A DNA stretch of 64,000 bases from Candidatus Woesearchaeota archaeon (lineage in GTDB: Archaea; Nanobdellota; Nanobdellia; Woesearchaeales; GW2011-AR9): positions 8,262-72,261 of the forward strand of contig JACPND010000007.1 in assembly GCA_016185625.1 (NCBI GenBank). The letters run 5' to 3'. Shown in pieces: positions 55,665 through 64,000 of this stretch (positions within the stretch are counted from its first letter, which is position 1; every line of letters starts with the position of its first letter). The position numbers and the translations under genes were made by a program. The notes beneath the pieces are model-generated. The model made no database searches. It was not told where the DNA came from and worked only from the letters and a program-made list of their open reading frames with translations.

Positions 55665-56276
55665 ATGATTATCATTATTATCGGCCCTCCTGGCAGCGGC
55701 AAAGGAACGGTCTCCGAACGGTTAGCCAAGGAGTTTGGATTTTTTCATCTCTCTCCGGGAGAATTACTACGGGAAGAAGTAAAAAAAGCGACCATTATTG
55801 GCAAAGAGATTCAGAGATATATCGAAAAAGGCCAGTTAGTGCCCACCCATTTTGTGGCGGAAATGCTCAAGCTGGAACTGAAGGGAAAGAAGAAAGTGGT
55901 TCTTGACGGCTTTCCCCGTTCTTTGGAACAGGCGGAATCAATCCAAGAGATCAAGATAGACCGAGTCATCAATTTAGACGTCTCAGAAAAACAGGTCATC
56001 GAACGCTTTGCCGGACGAAGAATCTGCAGCAAAGGCACGCATGGCTATCATCTCCAGTATCTACCGCCTAAAAAACCGGGCGTTTGTGATGAGGATGGAA
56101 CTCTCTTAGTCCAGAGACAGGACGATAAGCCTGAAGTCATCAAACAACGATTTAATGTCTACCACCAGGAAAGTAGACCTGTATTGAAGTATTACCAAAA
56201 AAAAGTACAGAACGTCGATGCCGGCAAAAGTCCGGATGAAGTCTATGAACAAGTGAAAAAAATATTAAGGCTGTAA
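55665..56276 (+). CDS. adk: adenylate kinase (long bacterial/eukaryotic type)
   Basis: IIIGPPGSGKGT P-loop, the G-F-PR motif, and a LID region with Cys residues. Confidence 0.85.
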   Translation: MIIIIIGPPGSGKGTVSERLAKEFGFFHLSPGELLREEVKKATIIGKEIQRYIEKGQLVPTHFVAEMLKLELKGKKKVVLDGFPRSLEQAESIQEIKIDRVINLDVSEKQVIERFAGRRICSKGTHGYHLQYLPPKKPGVCDEDGTLLVQRQDDKPEVIKQRFNVYHQESRPVLKYYQKKVQNVDAGKSPDEVYEQVKKILRL

Positions 56277-56313
56277 AAGAAATTCTTTGATGACCGGTCA
56301 CTCGCCTAACGCC

Positions 56314-57406
56314 TTATCTCATAAACTCAATTCCCAATTCATTTTCTATGTTAGCTTTCTTGTCGTCAAACAACTTATGCTGTACGCCAAAGATTTGCTC
56401 GGAATTGACACCGGTAACTATGACCAGCGTCCGGAGGGTCTTGTCTAAATCCTTATAGATCTGTGCGCCCCAGATGATTTTGGCTTTATTACTGAGGCCT
56501 TGCGCCACGCGTTCCACAATCTGCCTCGATTCATCTAAGGTCAAGCTCTCGCCGCCGGAAATATTGATCAGGGCTCCGGTGGCATTGGAAATATCCACGT
56601 CAATCAATGGATTGCTTAAGGCTTTCTCTACACTCTCTTGAGCGCGATTCTCTGCATCTGATTCACCCATGCCAATCAGGGCCACGCCGCCTTCGCTCAT
56701 GATGGTTTTCACATCCGCGAAATCCAGATTGACCAGACCTTACCAATTCTGCCACGCCTTTCACGGCGTTCGTCAGAATCTCATCAGCAACTTTAAACGC
56801 TGTTTGTAATGGAAGATGCGGCGCTAATTCCAGCAGTTTTTCATTAGGAATGACGATTAACGTATTCACGCTCTGTTCTAACTTTTCCAAGCCAATCATG
56901 GCATTCTCATGACGATGGCTTCCTTCCATGGTAAATGGCATGGTGACTATGGCGACACTCAGGATTCCCATTTTCTTGGCCAATTGGGCGACGTAGGGAG
57001 CCGACCCTGTTCCTGTCCCTCCTCCCAGACCGCAGGTGATGAAGATCATGTCCGCGCCCTCCAGAGAGAGCTTCAATTCCTGTTCACTTTCTTTCGCTGC
57101 TTCTTCTCCGATTTTAGGATTGGAACCTGCGCCCAGGCCTTTGGTAAGCTGCCGGCCAATGAGAATCTTCCTGTCAGCAGTGGTGTAGAGAAGATCCTGG
57201 GCATCGGTGTTTATGGCAATGGTCTCAATTCCTTTCACGCCAACTTCCACAATGCGTTGAATAGTATTGTTGCCGCCGCCGCCGCAGCCAATGACCCGGA
57301 TGCGGGTTTTATGTCCTGCCAGAATCTGCTGTAGTTCCGCGTCTAAATCCTGATTCGCTTTTAGATGAGAAATTTCACGGACTTCAGTTTTGATATAGTC
57401 ATCCAT
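56314..57406 (-). pseudogene. ftsZ: ftsZ split by a frameshift near 56735-56750 (N-terminal GTPase domain 56663-57406; C-terminal domain 56314-56712)
   Basis: The N-terminal ORF has GGGGNN and GLGGGTGTG tubulin signatures and then ends in ...[18 protein letters not shown]. The other frame continues with the expected [25 protein letters not shown]... Confidence 0.75.
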
Positions 57407-57463
57407 GTCGACACCCTTTTGTTTGGTTTTGGGGGAATGGCAGATTTATAAAGATTGTTATAC

Positions 57464-58147
57464 TCAAGAAGGCATTGCTTTTGTAGCCGCTTTTTCGAGT
57501 TTTTTGATTGTCACCGTCAAGCCGGTAATCTCATTTAATTTCTTGGCGAAAAGATCAACAATCGGCGCAGGAAGCTCAAAAGGCAGACTGATCTCTGCAT
57601 TTTTCTCTTTCACTTCAATCTTAGTCTGCTCTTCCGGCAGATGGAAGCTGTTTTTGATAAAAGTTTTCAACTGTTCCTGCACGTCGGTCACTTTTCGTTT
57701 AATCTCTACTTGATAGACGACTTCTTTTCCTGCTAAAGGATGATTGAAGTTCACAATCACTCTTCCGCCGGAGACACTCATCACCGTTCCCATTTCGCCA
57801 TCAGCATCAAACTGCAATCCAGGATAGGGATTCATCTTATGCTTCCGGAAGGCGTCCAGGGGCATGACTTTCACTTTCTTCACGTCGCGCTTGCCAAAGG
57901 CCTTCTCCGGAGAAAGTTTGAAGGTATATGTTTTGCCGCTTTCTTTTCCCTTCAGGCTCTCTTCCAATCCCAGCAAAACGTGGCCTTCTCCGATACAGAC
58001 AACAATAGGGCCGTATTTATGTTCCTGAGTATGAAGATTATGTTTCTCAGCAACGTCTTTTTTGGTGGTATCAAAAACAAAGCCATCTGGCAGTTCACCG
58101 GTATAGTCAATCTCAACGAAATCGTGTTCTTGAATAGTATCAGTCAT
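57464..58147 (-). CDS. FKBP-type peptidyl-prolyl isomerase (long archaeal type with an IF-like insertion)
   Basis: DFVEIDYTGELPDGFVFDTT plus a C-terminal extension. Confidence 0.75.
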   Translation of the reverse strand: MTDTIQEHDFVEIDYTGELPDGFVFDTTKKDVAEKHNLHTQEHKYGPIVVCIGEGHVLLGLEESLKGKESGKTYTFKLSPEKAFGKRDVKKVKVMPLDAFRKHKMNPYPGLQFDADGEMGTVMSVSGGRVIVNFNHPLAGKEVVYQVEIKRKVTDVQEQLKTFIKNSFHLPEEQTKIEVKEKNAEISLPFELPAPIVDLFAKKLNEITGLTVTIKKLEKAATKAMPS

Positions 58148-58172
58148 TTTTAGTACTATGAAAGAAGTTTAT

Positions 58173-58448
58173 TTATAAAGATTTGGGAGAACTTTTAATC
58201 TTGTGGGTGACTGATTTAAGCTCAGGAATCTTATGTTGAAGAATATCCCAGAGTATCGCTGTATTAAAGGTAAAGTATCCATGAATGAGAATGTCGTGCA
58301 GACCAGCAATCTTCTTCCACTCAACTTCGGATAGAAGCTGGTTTTTAAAAATCTTTGTAAAGAAAAGTTGATATTTGTTTAGCATCTTCAAAATTCTCGA
58401 CGTGATAATCACAGAGCGACATCTCCGTAGGAGCCATCCTTCTGTCAC
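58173..58448 (-). pseudogene. HepT/DUF86-like (HEPN) fragment
   Basis: AGLHDILIHGYFTFNTAILWDI resembles the DUF86 motif R-x4-HxY...W, with the Arg replaced. The N-terminal half is absent, and a short unrelated ORF lies upstream. Confidence 0.3.
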
Positions 58449-58753
58449 TCTTGTTGAGATTATCGAAAGAATTTTGACCTTATGATGCTAAATAAATACA
58501 AAAGTTGTTATTCTACTTTAACTGTGGCAGGCAGGCTAGGTTTTAGTGCTTTAAATGGACTGGTTACAGTTTGGTATAATGATGTCCAGATACTCTTCTT
58601 TGCTTTTGGCGGCCAAATCATATTTACTATATCCTAACTTCTGATACGCATACTCCGTTACCTGTTCAAATCCTTTCCAGAGGGTTGAATCAAGTTGGAG
58701 TAAAAGATCGTCTAATCCCATAGACGCTTAGGTTTGGACTTTTTTTATAAATT

Positions 58754-59332
58754 TTACTTCTTTTGTAAACGTTTCACCCATTCCAGAATTCTCTTCGCCC
58801 CTTCCTGAGCGGTTATTTTCGTCGTATCCACCACCAAATCATACTGTTTTTCGTTGTGATGATCCAAGCCATAATATTTCAGATACCGTTTAGCATCCAG
58901 CTTTTCACGTTCCTGAAGCTTTTTTTTAAATTCCTCAAACGAACTGAATTCTCCCTCATTCCGTTGTTGGCGCGTATCCGCCTGCTGCAGATCTTTCCAG
59001 ATCCGTCTCGCTCCTTCTTCATGATCAACTTTCACATAAACTTTTACTGATTCCGGAAGGAAATGAAATTGCGTACGGCCTTCTACAATGACGTCTTTCT
59101 TCTGCTGGGCCATTTTTCTCGCCTCTTGCGCAGCTTTTTTGTCCACATCCACGTCAGTTTCCGGATGCGTTTTTGCATATTCATTCAATTCCACTAAGGT
59201 CATTCCTTTCTTTTTGGCTAATTCCCGGCGGATCCCGCCCACATAAATGCGCTCAGCGTTCAGTTTCCCAGCCAGAATCTTGGCAATGGTACTCTTGCCG
59301 CTTCCCGGAGTGCCGGAGATAGTGAGGATCAT
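58754..59332 (-). CDS. cmk: archaeal-type cytidylate kinase
   Basis: MILTISGTPGSGKSTIAK P-loop; ~190 aa, archaeal Cmk-like. Confidence 0.7.
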   Translation of the reverse strand: MILTISGTPGSGKSTIAKILAGKLNAERIYVGGIRRELAKKKGMTLVELNEYAKTHPETDVDVDKKAAQEARKMAQQKKDVIVEGRTQFHFLPESVKVYVKVDHEEGARRIWKDLQQADTRQQRNEGEFSSFEEFKKKLQEREKLDAKRYLKYYGLDHHNEKQYDLVVDTTKITAQEGAKRILEWVKRLQKK

Positions 59333-59405
59333 ATCAAGGGAAAAATAAATGAAGTTTAAATATTTATGTCGAAACGTTTAAATAAGCAAAAAAAGTCCCT
59401 TCTCT

Positions 59406-59927
59406 ATGCCTGAACTTCCCGTCATCACCATTCGGTATAATGGACTTTTTGACTTTGATGGTTTCTATTCTGCGGTCATCGACTGGGCGAAGAACTATGG
59501 CTTCCTGTGGCGGGAAATGAGCTACAAGCATAAAGTTCCCGCGCCTACGGGAGCCGAGCAGGAATGGGAATGGGAAATAACGAAAAAAGTGACAGAATAC
59601 ATCAATTATTACATCCTGATTGAAATTCATTCCTGGGACATGGTGGAGGTAGAAGTAGAAGAAGGAGGAAAAAAGAAATCCCTGATGAGCGGACGGTTGA
59701 ATGTGGTCATCAAACCAGAATTAAAGATGGGAACAAAAGACATCTTCAAAGGAGGAAAATTTGCAGAACTTCTCGGTTCTTGGTACAACAAGGCCATCTC
59801 CAGAAACATCGACACATATTGGGATCAGCTCTATTACCGCACCTGGAACCTGCATGCCGTGATGAAAAAATACTTCGACATGCAGAGCAAGAAGCATGTA
59901 TATAAAGGATATTTGGGGGAAGGGTGA
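59406..59927 (+). CDS. hypothetical protein (173 aa)
   Basis: ORF only. Confidence 0.3.
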   Translation: MPELPVITIRYNGLFDFDGFYSAVIDWAKNYGFLWREMSYKHKVPAPTGAEQEWEWEITKKVTEYINYYILIEIHSWDMVEVEVEEGGKKKSLMSGRLNVVIKPELKMGTKDIFKGGKFAELLGSWYNKAISRNIDTYWDQLYYRTWNLHAVMKKYFDMQSKKHVYKGYLGEG

Positions 59928-60147
59928 TCGTATGTACATAGCTCGTTCGGGACGCTCGTCTCCAAGTAATATCACTGCTACGAGCGCACACGCTTTGAGT
60001 GCCGAGGATACAAAGCCCTCGCTTCCGCACAATGAAACAACGATTTCATGGGCGCACAGATAAAGTCGTTGCTTTATCTTGTGCTTTGGCTATGCACATA
60101 CGGTTGACCCGAATATTTTTAAATCCAAGCCCTATTCCAGCCACACT

Positions 60148-62070
60148 ATGAAAATCCTGACCATCCATGCCGACTTCATCGAATTTGAAGCGAAGAAGAA
60201 AGCGCTCAAAGACGCGGAAGAAGTGAAGAAGGGCAGAGAACGGATTGAAGAATGTCTGGTGGTGTTCTCCGCTGTTCAAAAACGCGATGAAGAGGATCTT
60301 GCTGGCGTGACCCAGCGTTACGTCACCGAAATCAACGATATTGCCAGACAGGTGAATACTAAAACCATTGTCTTGTATCCCTATGCTCATCTGAGTTCCG
60401 ACCTAGCAGCACCAGCAAAAGCAGAGAAAGTACTGAAAGATGCTGAAGAAGTGCTGAAGAAAGAAAAGTTCATCGTCCATCGCGCGCCCTTCGGCTGGTA
60501 CAAGTCATTCAATCTCTCCTGCAAAGGACATCCGCTCTCGGAATTAAGCCGGGAGTTTACTGCTGAAGGAAAGGCGGAAGCAGGAAAAGGAAAAGAAGAA
60601 GTCAGTGAAGCGGTCAAAGCTGAAGCGAAGTTGGTTTCGCACTGGCATATTCTCGATCTGGATGGCAAACTGCACAGCATCAGCTACGACAAAGAAAAAC
60701 GAAAATTCGCTGGTTTTGATTTCAAAAAATATCCGCAATTACAGCAATTCGCTGCCTATGAACTAGCCAAGAACAGAGTAGCACAGCAGGAACCGCCGCA
60801 TGTGACCTATATGAAAAAACTGGAATTAGTGGATTACGAACCGGGCAGTGATCCTGGGAATTTACGCTTTTATCCCAAGGGCCGATTCATCAAAGGGCTT
60901 ATTGAAAAATATGTCACGCAAAAGGTCAAAGACTACGGTGGAATGGAGATCGAAGCGCCGATCATGTATGATTACGAGCATCCGTCATTGAAATCGTACC
61001 TGAATAGATTTCCGGCACGGCAATACGCAATACAGACACCGAACAAAAAAGTATTCCTGAGATTTGCCGCCTGTTTTGGGCAATTCCTGATGGCGCATGA
61101 TGCGCAGATTTCCTACAAGCAGCTGCCCGTGAAATTATATGAATTGACTCGCTACAGTTTCCGCGTGGAGCAGCATGGAGAATTGACCGGACTGAGAAGG
61201 CTGCGGGCGTTCACCATGCCGGATTGCCATGCCTTTGTCGCGGATCTGAAACAAGCTCAGGAAGAAATGCTGCGGCGCTTTGAACTGAGCAGGCAGGTCC
61301 AGGAAGGATTTGGGTTTACCTTGCCTGATGAGTTAGAGTTTGCGATTCGTGTTACCAAAGAATTTTACGAACAAAACAAAAGCTTTGTCAGTTCGCTGGT
61401 GAAAAAGTGGGGCAAGCCCACGTTGATCGAGATGTGGGAGCAGCGCTTCTTTTACTTCACCATGAAGTACGAATGGAACTTTGTGGATGCCTTGGAGAAA
61501 TGTTCTGCGCTGACGACTGATCAGGTGGACGTGGAGAATGCGGAACGCTATGGCATTACCTATGTTGATGAGAAAAATCAAAAACAATTTCCGTTGATTT
61601 TACATTGCTCTCCCTCTGGCGCGGTAGAACGGGTGATGTATGCGCTTCTCGAAAAAGCGGCCAAGGACGAAAAAGCAGGAAAAGTGCCGATGCTGCCATT
61701 GTGGTTATCTCCGACGCAGGTTCGGTTGATTCCCGTCTCCATTGATCGGCATTTACATTTCTGTGAAGGACTGACCGCAGAGCTGGAAAAACTTGGTTTG
61801 CGGGCAGATATCGATGATCGCGTGGAAACCGTTGGAAAACGAATTCGCTCGGCGGCACAGGAATGGATTCCCTATACTTTAGTAGTTGGGGATGAAGAGA
61901 TTAATGATAAATTTAAGCAGGTTGTCGTCCGCGATCGTGAGAAGAATACAGAAGAAAAGATGCGCTTTGACCAGTTGATTGATCTGCTGAAGAAGAAAAC
62001 AAAGGATATGCCCACGGATACACTGCCATTGCCAAGGCTGGTGAGTAGGAGGATTATTTTTGTGGGGTAA
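60148..62070 (+). CDS. thrS: threonyl-tRNA synthetase, archaeal type with an N-terminal D-aminoacyl-tRNA-deacylase-like editing domain
   Basis: MKILTIHADFIEFEAKKKA (archaeal editing-domain start); class II core HRAPFGWYKSF; C-terminal anticodon-binding domain. Confidence 0.85.
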   Translation: MKILTIHADFIEFEAKKKALKDAEEVKKGRERIEECLVVFSAVQKRDEEDLAGVTQRYVTEINDIARQVNTKTIVLYPYAHLSSDLAAPAKAEKVLKDAEEVLKKEKFIVHRAPFGWYKSFNLSCKGHPLSELSREFTAEGKAEAGKGKEEVSEAVKAEAKLVSHWHILDLDGKLHSISYDKEKRKFAGFDFKKYPQLQQFAAYELAKNRVAQQEPPHVTYMKKLELVDYEPGSDPGNLRFYPKGRFIKGLIEKYVTQKVKDYGGMEIEAPIMYDYEHPSLKSYLNRFPARQYAIQTPNKKVFLRFAACFGQFLMAHDAQISYKQLPVKLYELTRYSFRVEQHGELTGLRRLRAFTMPDCHAFVADLKQAQEEMLRRFELSRQVQEGFGFTLPDELEFAIRVTKEFYEQNKSFVSSLVKKWGKPTLIEMWEQRFFYFTMKYEWNFVDALEKCSALTTDQVDVENAERYGITYVDEKNQKQFPLILHCSPSGAVERVMYALLEKAAKDEKAGKVPMLPLWLSPTQVRLIPVSIDRHLHFCEGLTAELEKLGLRADIDDRVETVGKRIRSAAQEWIPYTLVVGDEEINDKFKQVVVRDREKNTEEKMRFDQLIDLLKKKTKDMPTDTLPLPRLVSRRIIFVG

Positions 62071-62149
62071 ATCTGTTGGTGTGTATCTCAGTTAAAAGCA
62101 ATAAATTCCACGGCCTTATCCTGGTTTCCTACGGGGCCATCGACAAGTT

Positions 62150-62408
62150 ATGTGGCTAACATTCTTAATTATTTTAGATTATCTAGAAAATATTAATAAA
62201 AATGCTTTTGATAAAGAGGGTAAAATTGCGTATATTTGGAATCCAAAACTTGTACAAATGCTGAGACAGAAAAAGGAGATTGCGGTATGATTTGCCTCGT
62301 GGTTGGCGGTTAATGTATACCGTGACTGCGGATAATGAAGTAGATTTAATCTCTGCCATTTTAGAACGATTTGATCATAAAGATTATGAGAGAAAGTTTA
62401 GGTGTTGA
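62150..62408 (+). pseudogene. RelE/ParE-family toxin remnant with an internal frameshift
   Basis: MWLTFLIILDYLENINKNAFDKEGKIAYIWNPKLVQMLRQKKEIAV*, then in the +1 frame YDLPRGWRLMYTVTADNEVDLISAILERFDHKDYERKF (RelE-like: ...R.vYrV.dd...v.il.i.hR). No antitoxin ORF is evident upstream. Confidence 0.45.
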
Positions 62409-62423
62409 AATGTCACTCATTTA

Positions 62424-63980
62424 TTACAATTTTTTCACCATATACACCCCTTCCTTCTCATACCCTAATTTCCGATAATACTCCCTTACGCCAACTCCCG
62501 AAATCACGACCATTTTCTTTTTTCCGATCTCAGTCGCAATCTCTTCTGCTTTCTCCATCAGCTTTTTGCCCCAGCCGCGATGCTGCACGAGTCCTTCTTC
62601 ACCAATTGCCGTCGCTGTGCCATACACATGAAGTTCACGAATCAGGGCACTTTCAGATGTGATCTCAGGCCGCAAGAATGAAGAAGGAAATCGCAGCCGG
62701 CAAAATCCAATCAAGAGATCATTTCCAGTGTCTTCTGCTGCAATGAAGAATTCTGTTCCGCCAGATGCGGCGTATTCTCTCACGTTGATTTTAATTGCAT
62801 CCCAATTGACGTTCTTTCCTTTCGGCTCGCGGCAGCGGATGCAGCGGCACTGTAGGTCATATTTATCATGAATATATTGCCGGAAGTTGGTCAATCCCAC
62901 TCCGGCTTCCCAGTACTTCGTCGGAACATCTCTTTGGATGCGCTGGATGCGGCAATACTCGGGAACTATCCTTTTGACTTCCACCAATCGCAGGGCTGCT
63001 TCTTCTGTATCTATCGGTGTAAATTTTCCTTGTTTCCATTGATGAAATAATGCCGTACCGGGTGCAACCATGCAAGGATAGAATTTGATCATGTCCGGCT
63101 TATAGGCAGGATCGGTAAATAATTGTTTCATTCCTGCGATATCCCTTTCGCGATCGGTTAAAGGAAGTCCCGGCATATAATGAAAATTGATTTTAAACCC
63201 AAGATCACGCAGGATTTGAATTGATTTCTGAGAATCCGCTGCACTATGGCCGCGGTGAGTAACTGCTAAAACATCATCATACACCGACTCGATGCCTAAT
63301 TCTACCCGTGTGCAGCCCTGCCGCAGCATTTCGTTGCCCTGCTCCAGAAATCCCCAATCCGGCTTGGTTTCGATGCAGAGTGCGACGCAGCGGACTTTGG
63401 ATGTTTCGTTTTTTTGTTGTTCTTTTTCTACGGTCGTTGATGTTGAGTTTTTAATCTCTCGTAATCTCTTTCTTATTTTTTCTTCCCGTTCTTTCTCTCT
63501 GATCTCTGCGGGCAATTTAAAGAATGGCTTGAATTTTATATAATCAAATTCACCATTCTTTTTATCACTCTTTTCAAAAAATAGATCCGAAAAATCATTC
63601 ATGGCCTGAAAACAGCCGAGGATGAATTGTTCCTGATAGGCTTTGGATTCAGCAGGAAAGGTGCCGCCCATGACGATGAGCTCAATCTTGTCAATGGTAT
63701 GGCCGAGAAGGATGTATTGTTCCAGACGGTTCATGACCTGGAGATAGGAATCATAGTCGTTTCTCATGCCGCGCATGGTCGCCGGTTCGTGTCCGGTATA
63801 GGATTGCGGGACATCGCCCCACGGCGAGTTTAATCCGCCGGGACAAAACGTGCATTTGCCGTGCGGACATTTGGATGGAGCGGTCATGATGGCCACCGGA
63901 GAAACGCCGGAGATGGTTCTTGTCGGCTTCGTGAGCAGTTTTGCTTTTAATGTTGGGATCTCTTTTTCCTCTGCGTGCAT
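62424..63980 (-). CDS. elp3: Elp3 family radical-SAM/GNAT protein (tRNA uridine carboxymethyl modification)
   Basis: CPHGKCTFCPGG radical-SAM cluster and a C-terminal GNAT domain. Confidence 0.8.
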   Translation of the reverse strand: MHAEEKEIPTLKAKLLTKPTRTISGVSPVAIMTAPSKCPHGKCTFCPGGLNSPWGDVPQSYTGHEPATMRGMRNDYDSYLQVMNRLEQYILLGHTIDKIELIVMGGTFPAESKAYQEQFILGCFQAMNDFSDLFFEKSDKKNGEFDYIKFKPFFKLPAEIREKEREEKIRKRLREIKNSTSTTVEKEQQKNETSKVRCVALCIETKPDWGFLEQGNEMLRQGCTRVELGIESVYDDVLAVTHRGHSAADSQKSIQILRDLGFKINFHYMPGLPLTDRERDIAGMKQLFTDPAYKPDMIKFYPCMVAPGTALFHQWKQGKFTPIDTEEAALRLVEVKRIVPEYCRIQRIQRDVPTKYWEAGVGLTNFRQYIHDKYDLQCRCIRCREPKGKNVNWDAIKINVREYAASGGTEFFIAAEDTGNDLLIGFCRLRFPSSFLRPEITSESALIRELHVYGTATAIGEEGLVQHRGWGKKLMEKAEEIATEIGKKKMVVISGVGVREYYRKLGYEKEGVYMVKKL

Positions 63981-64000
63981 GAGAACTTGGATATTAGAGG

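Noticed and set aside
1-64000. CRISPR arrays and rRNA genes
   Set aside because: No short direct-repeat/spacer periodicity and no rRNA-like conserved stretches were seen. The repeats present are inverted-repeat MITEs and one 139-bp direct repeat pair.

Overview
The window reads as an archaeal chromosomal segment of roughly 40-45% GC. The call rests on archaeal-type S13-S4-S11-RpoD and RpoL genes, a fused PriS/PriL-CTD primase, an archaeal-type ThrRS editing domain, TYW1/Taw1, Elp3, prefoldin alpha, FtsY, FtsZ, SMC, and intron-containing tRNAs. K/E-rich low-complexity tails and compact or fused genes suggest a DPANN-like lineage, but no taxonomic assignment is claimed. Housekeeping genes are interleaved with a heavy accessory load: (i) at least three families of small nonautonomous inverted-repeat elements (MITE-like) with 8-bp target-site duplications, one nested inside another, plus an IS1-family remnant; (ii) many toxin-antitoxin style modules (HEPN/MNT, small-ORF+GNAT, Doc+RHH, VapB/VapC with an in-frame TGA, and decayed HicAB, RelE-like and DUF86-like remnants); (iii) a ~3.4-kb cassette (a DUF1016/YhcG-type PDDEXK nuclease plus an ATP-grasp/phosphohistidine 'PEP-utilizing' enzyme) bracketed by 139-bp direct repeats that duplicate the 3' end of the TYW1 gene, which looks like a site-specific integration; (iv) a three-gene cassette that appears GC-richer, carrying a Hanks-type Ser/Thr kinase; (v) an AT-rich islet with repeated motifs, small ORFs, an APH/ChoK-like phosphotransferase and an unknown partner; (vi) a ~270-nt GC-enriched non-coding stretch with terminal pairing and an oligo-T tail next to tRNA-Thr, a candidate structured RNA. 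MITE family 1 is a ~165-bp nested palindrome whose two stems covary perfectly between copies while a small asymmetric internal loop stays invariant, which is a structured-RNA-like signature. Apparent gene disruptions (ftsZ frameshift, vapC in-frame stop, a split hypothetical gene) may be real decay or assembly errors. No CRISPR array or rRNA gene was found.
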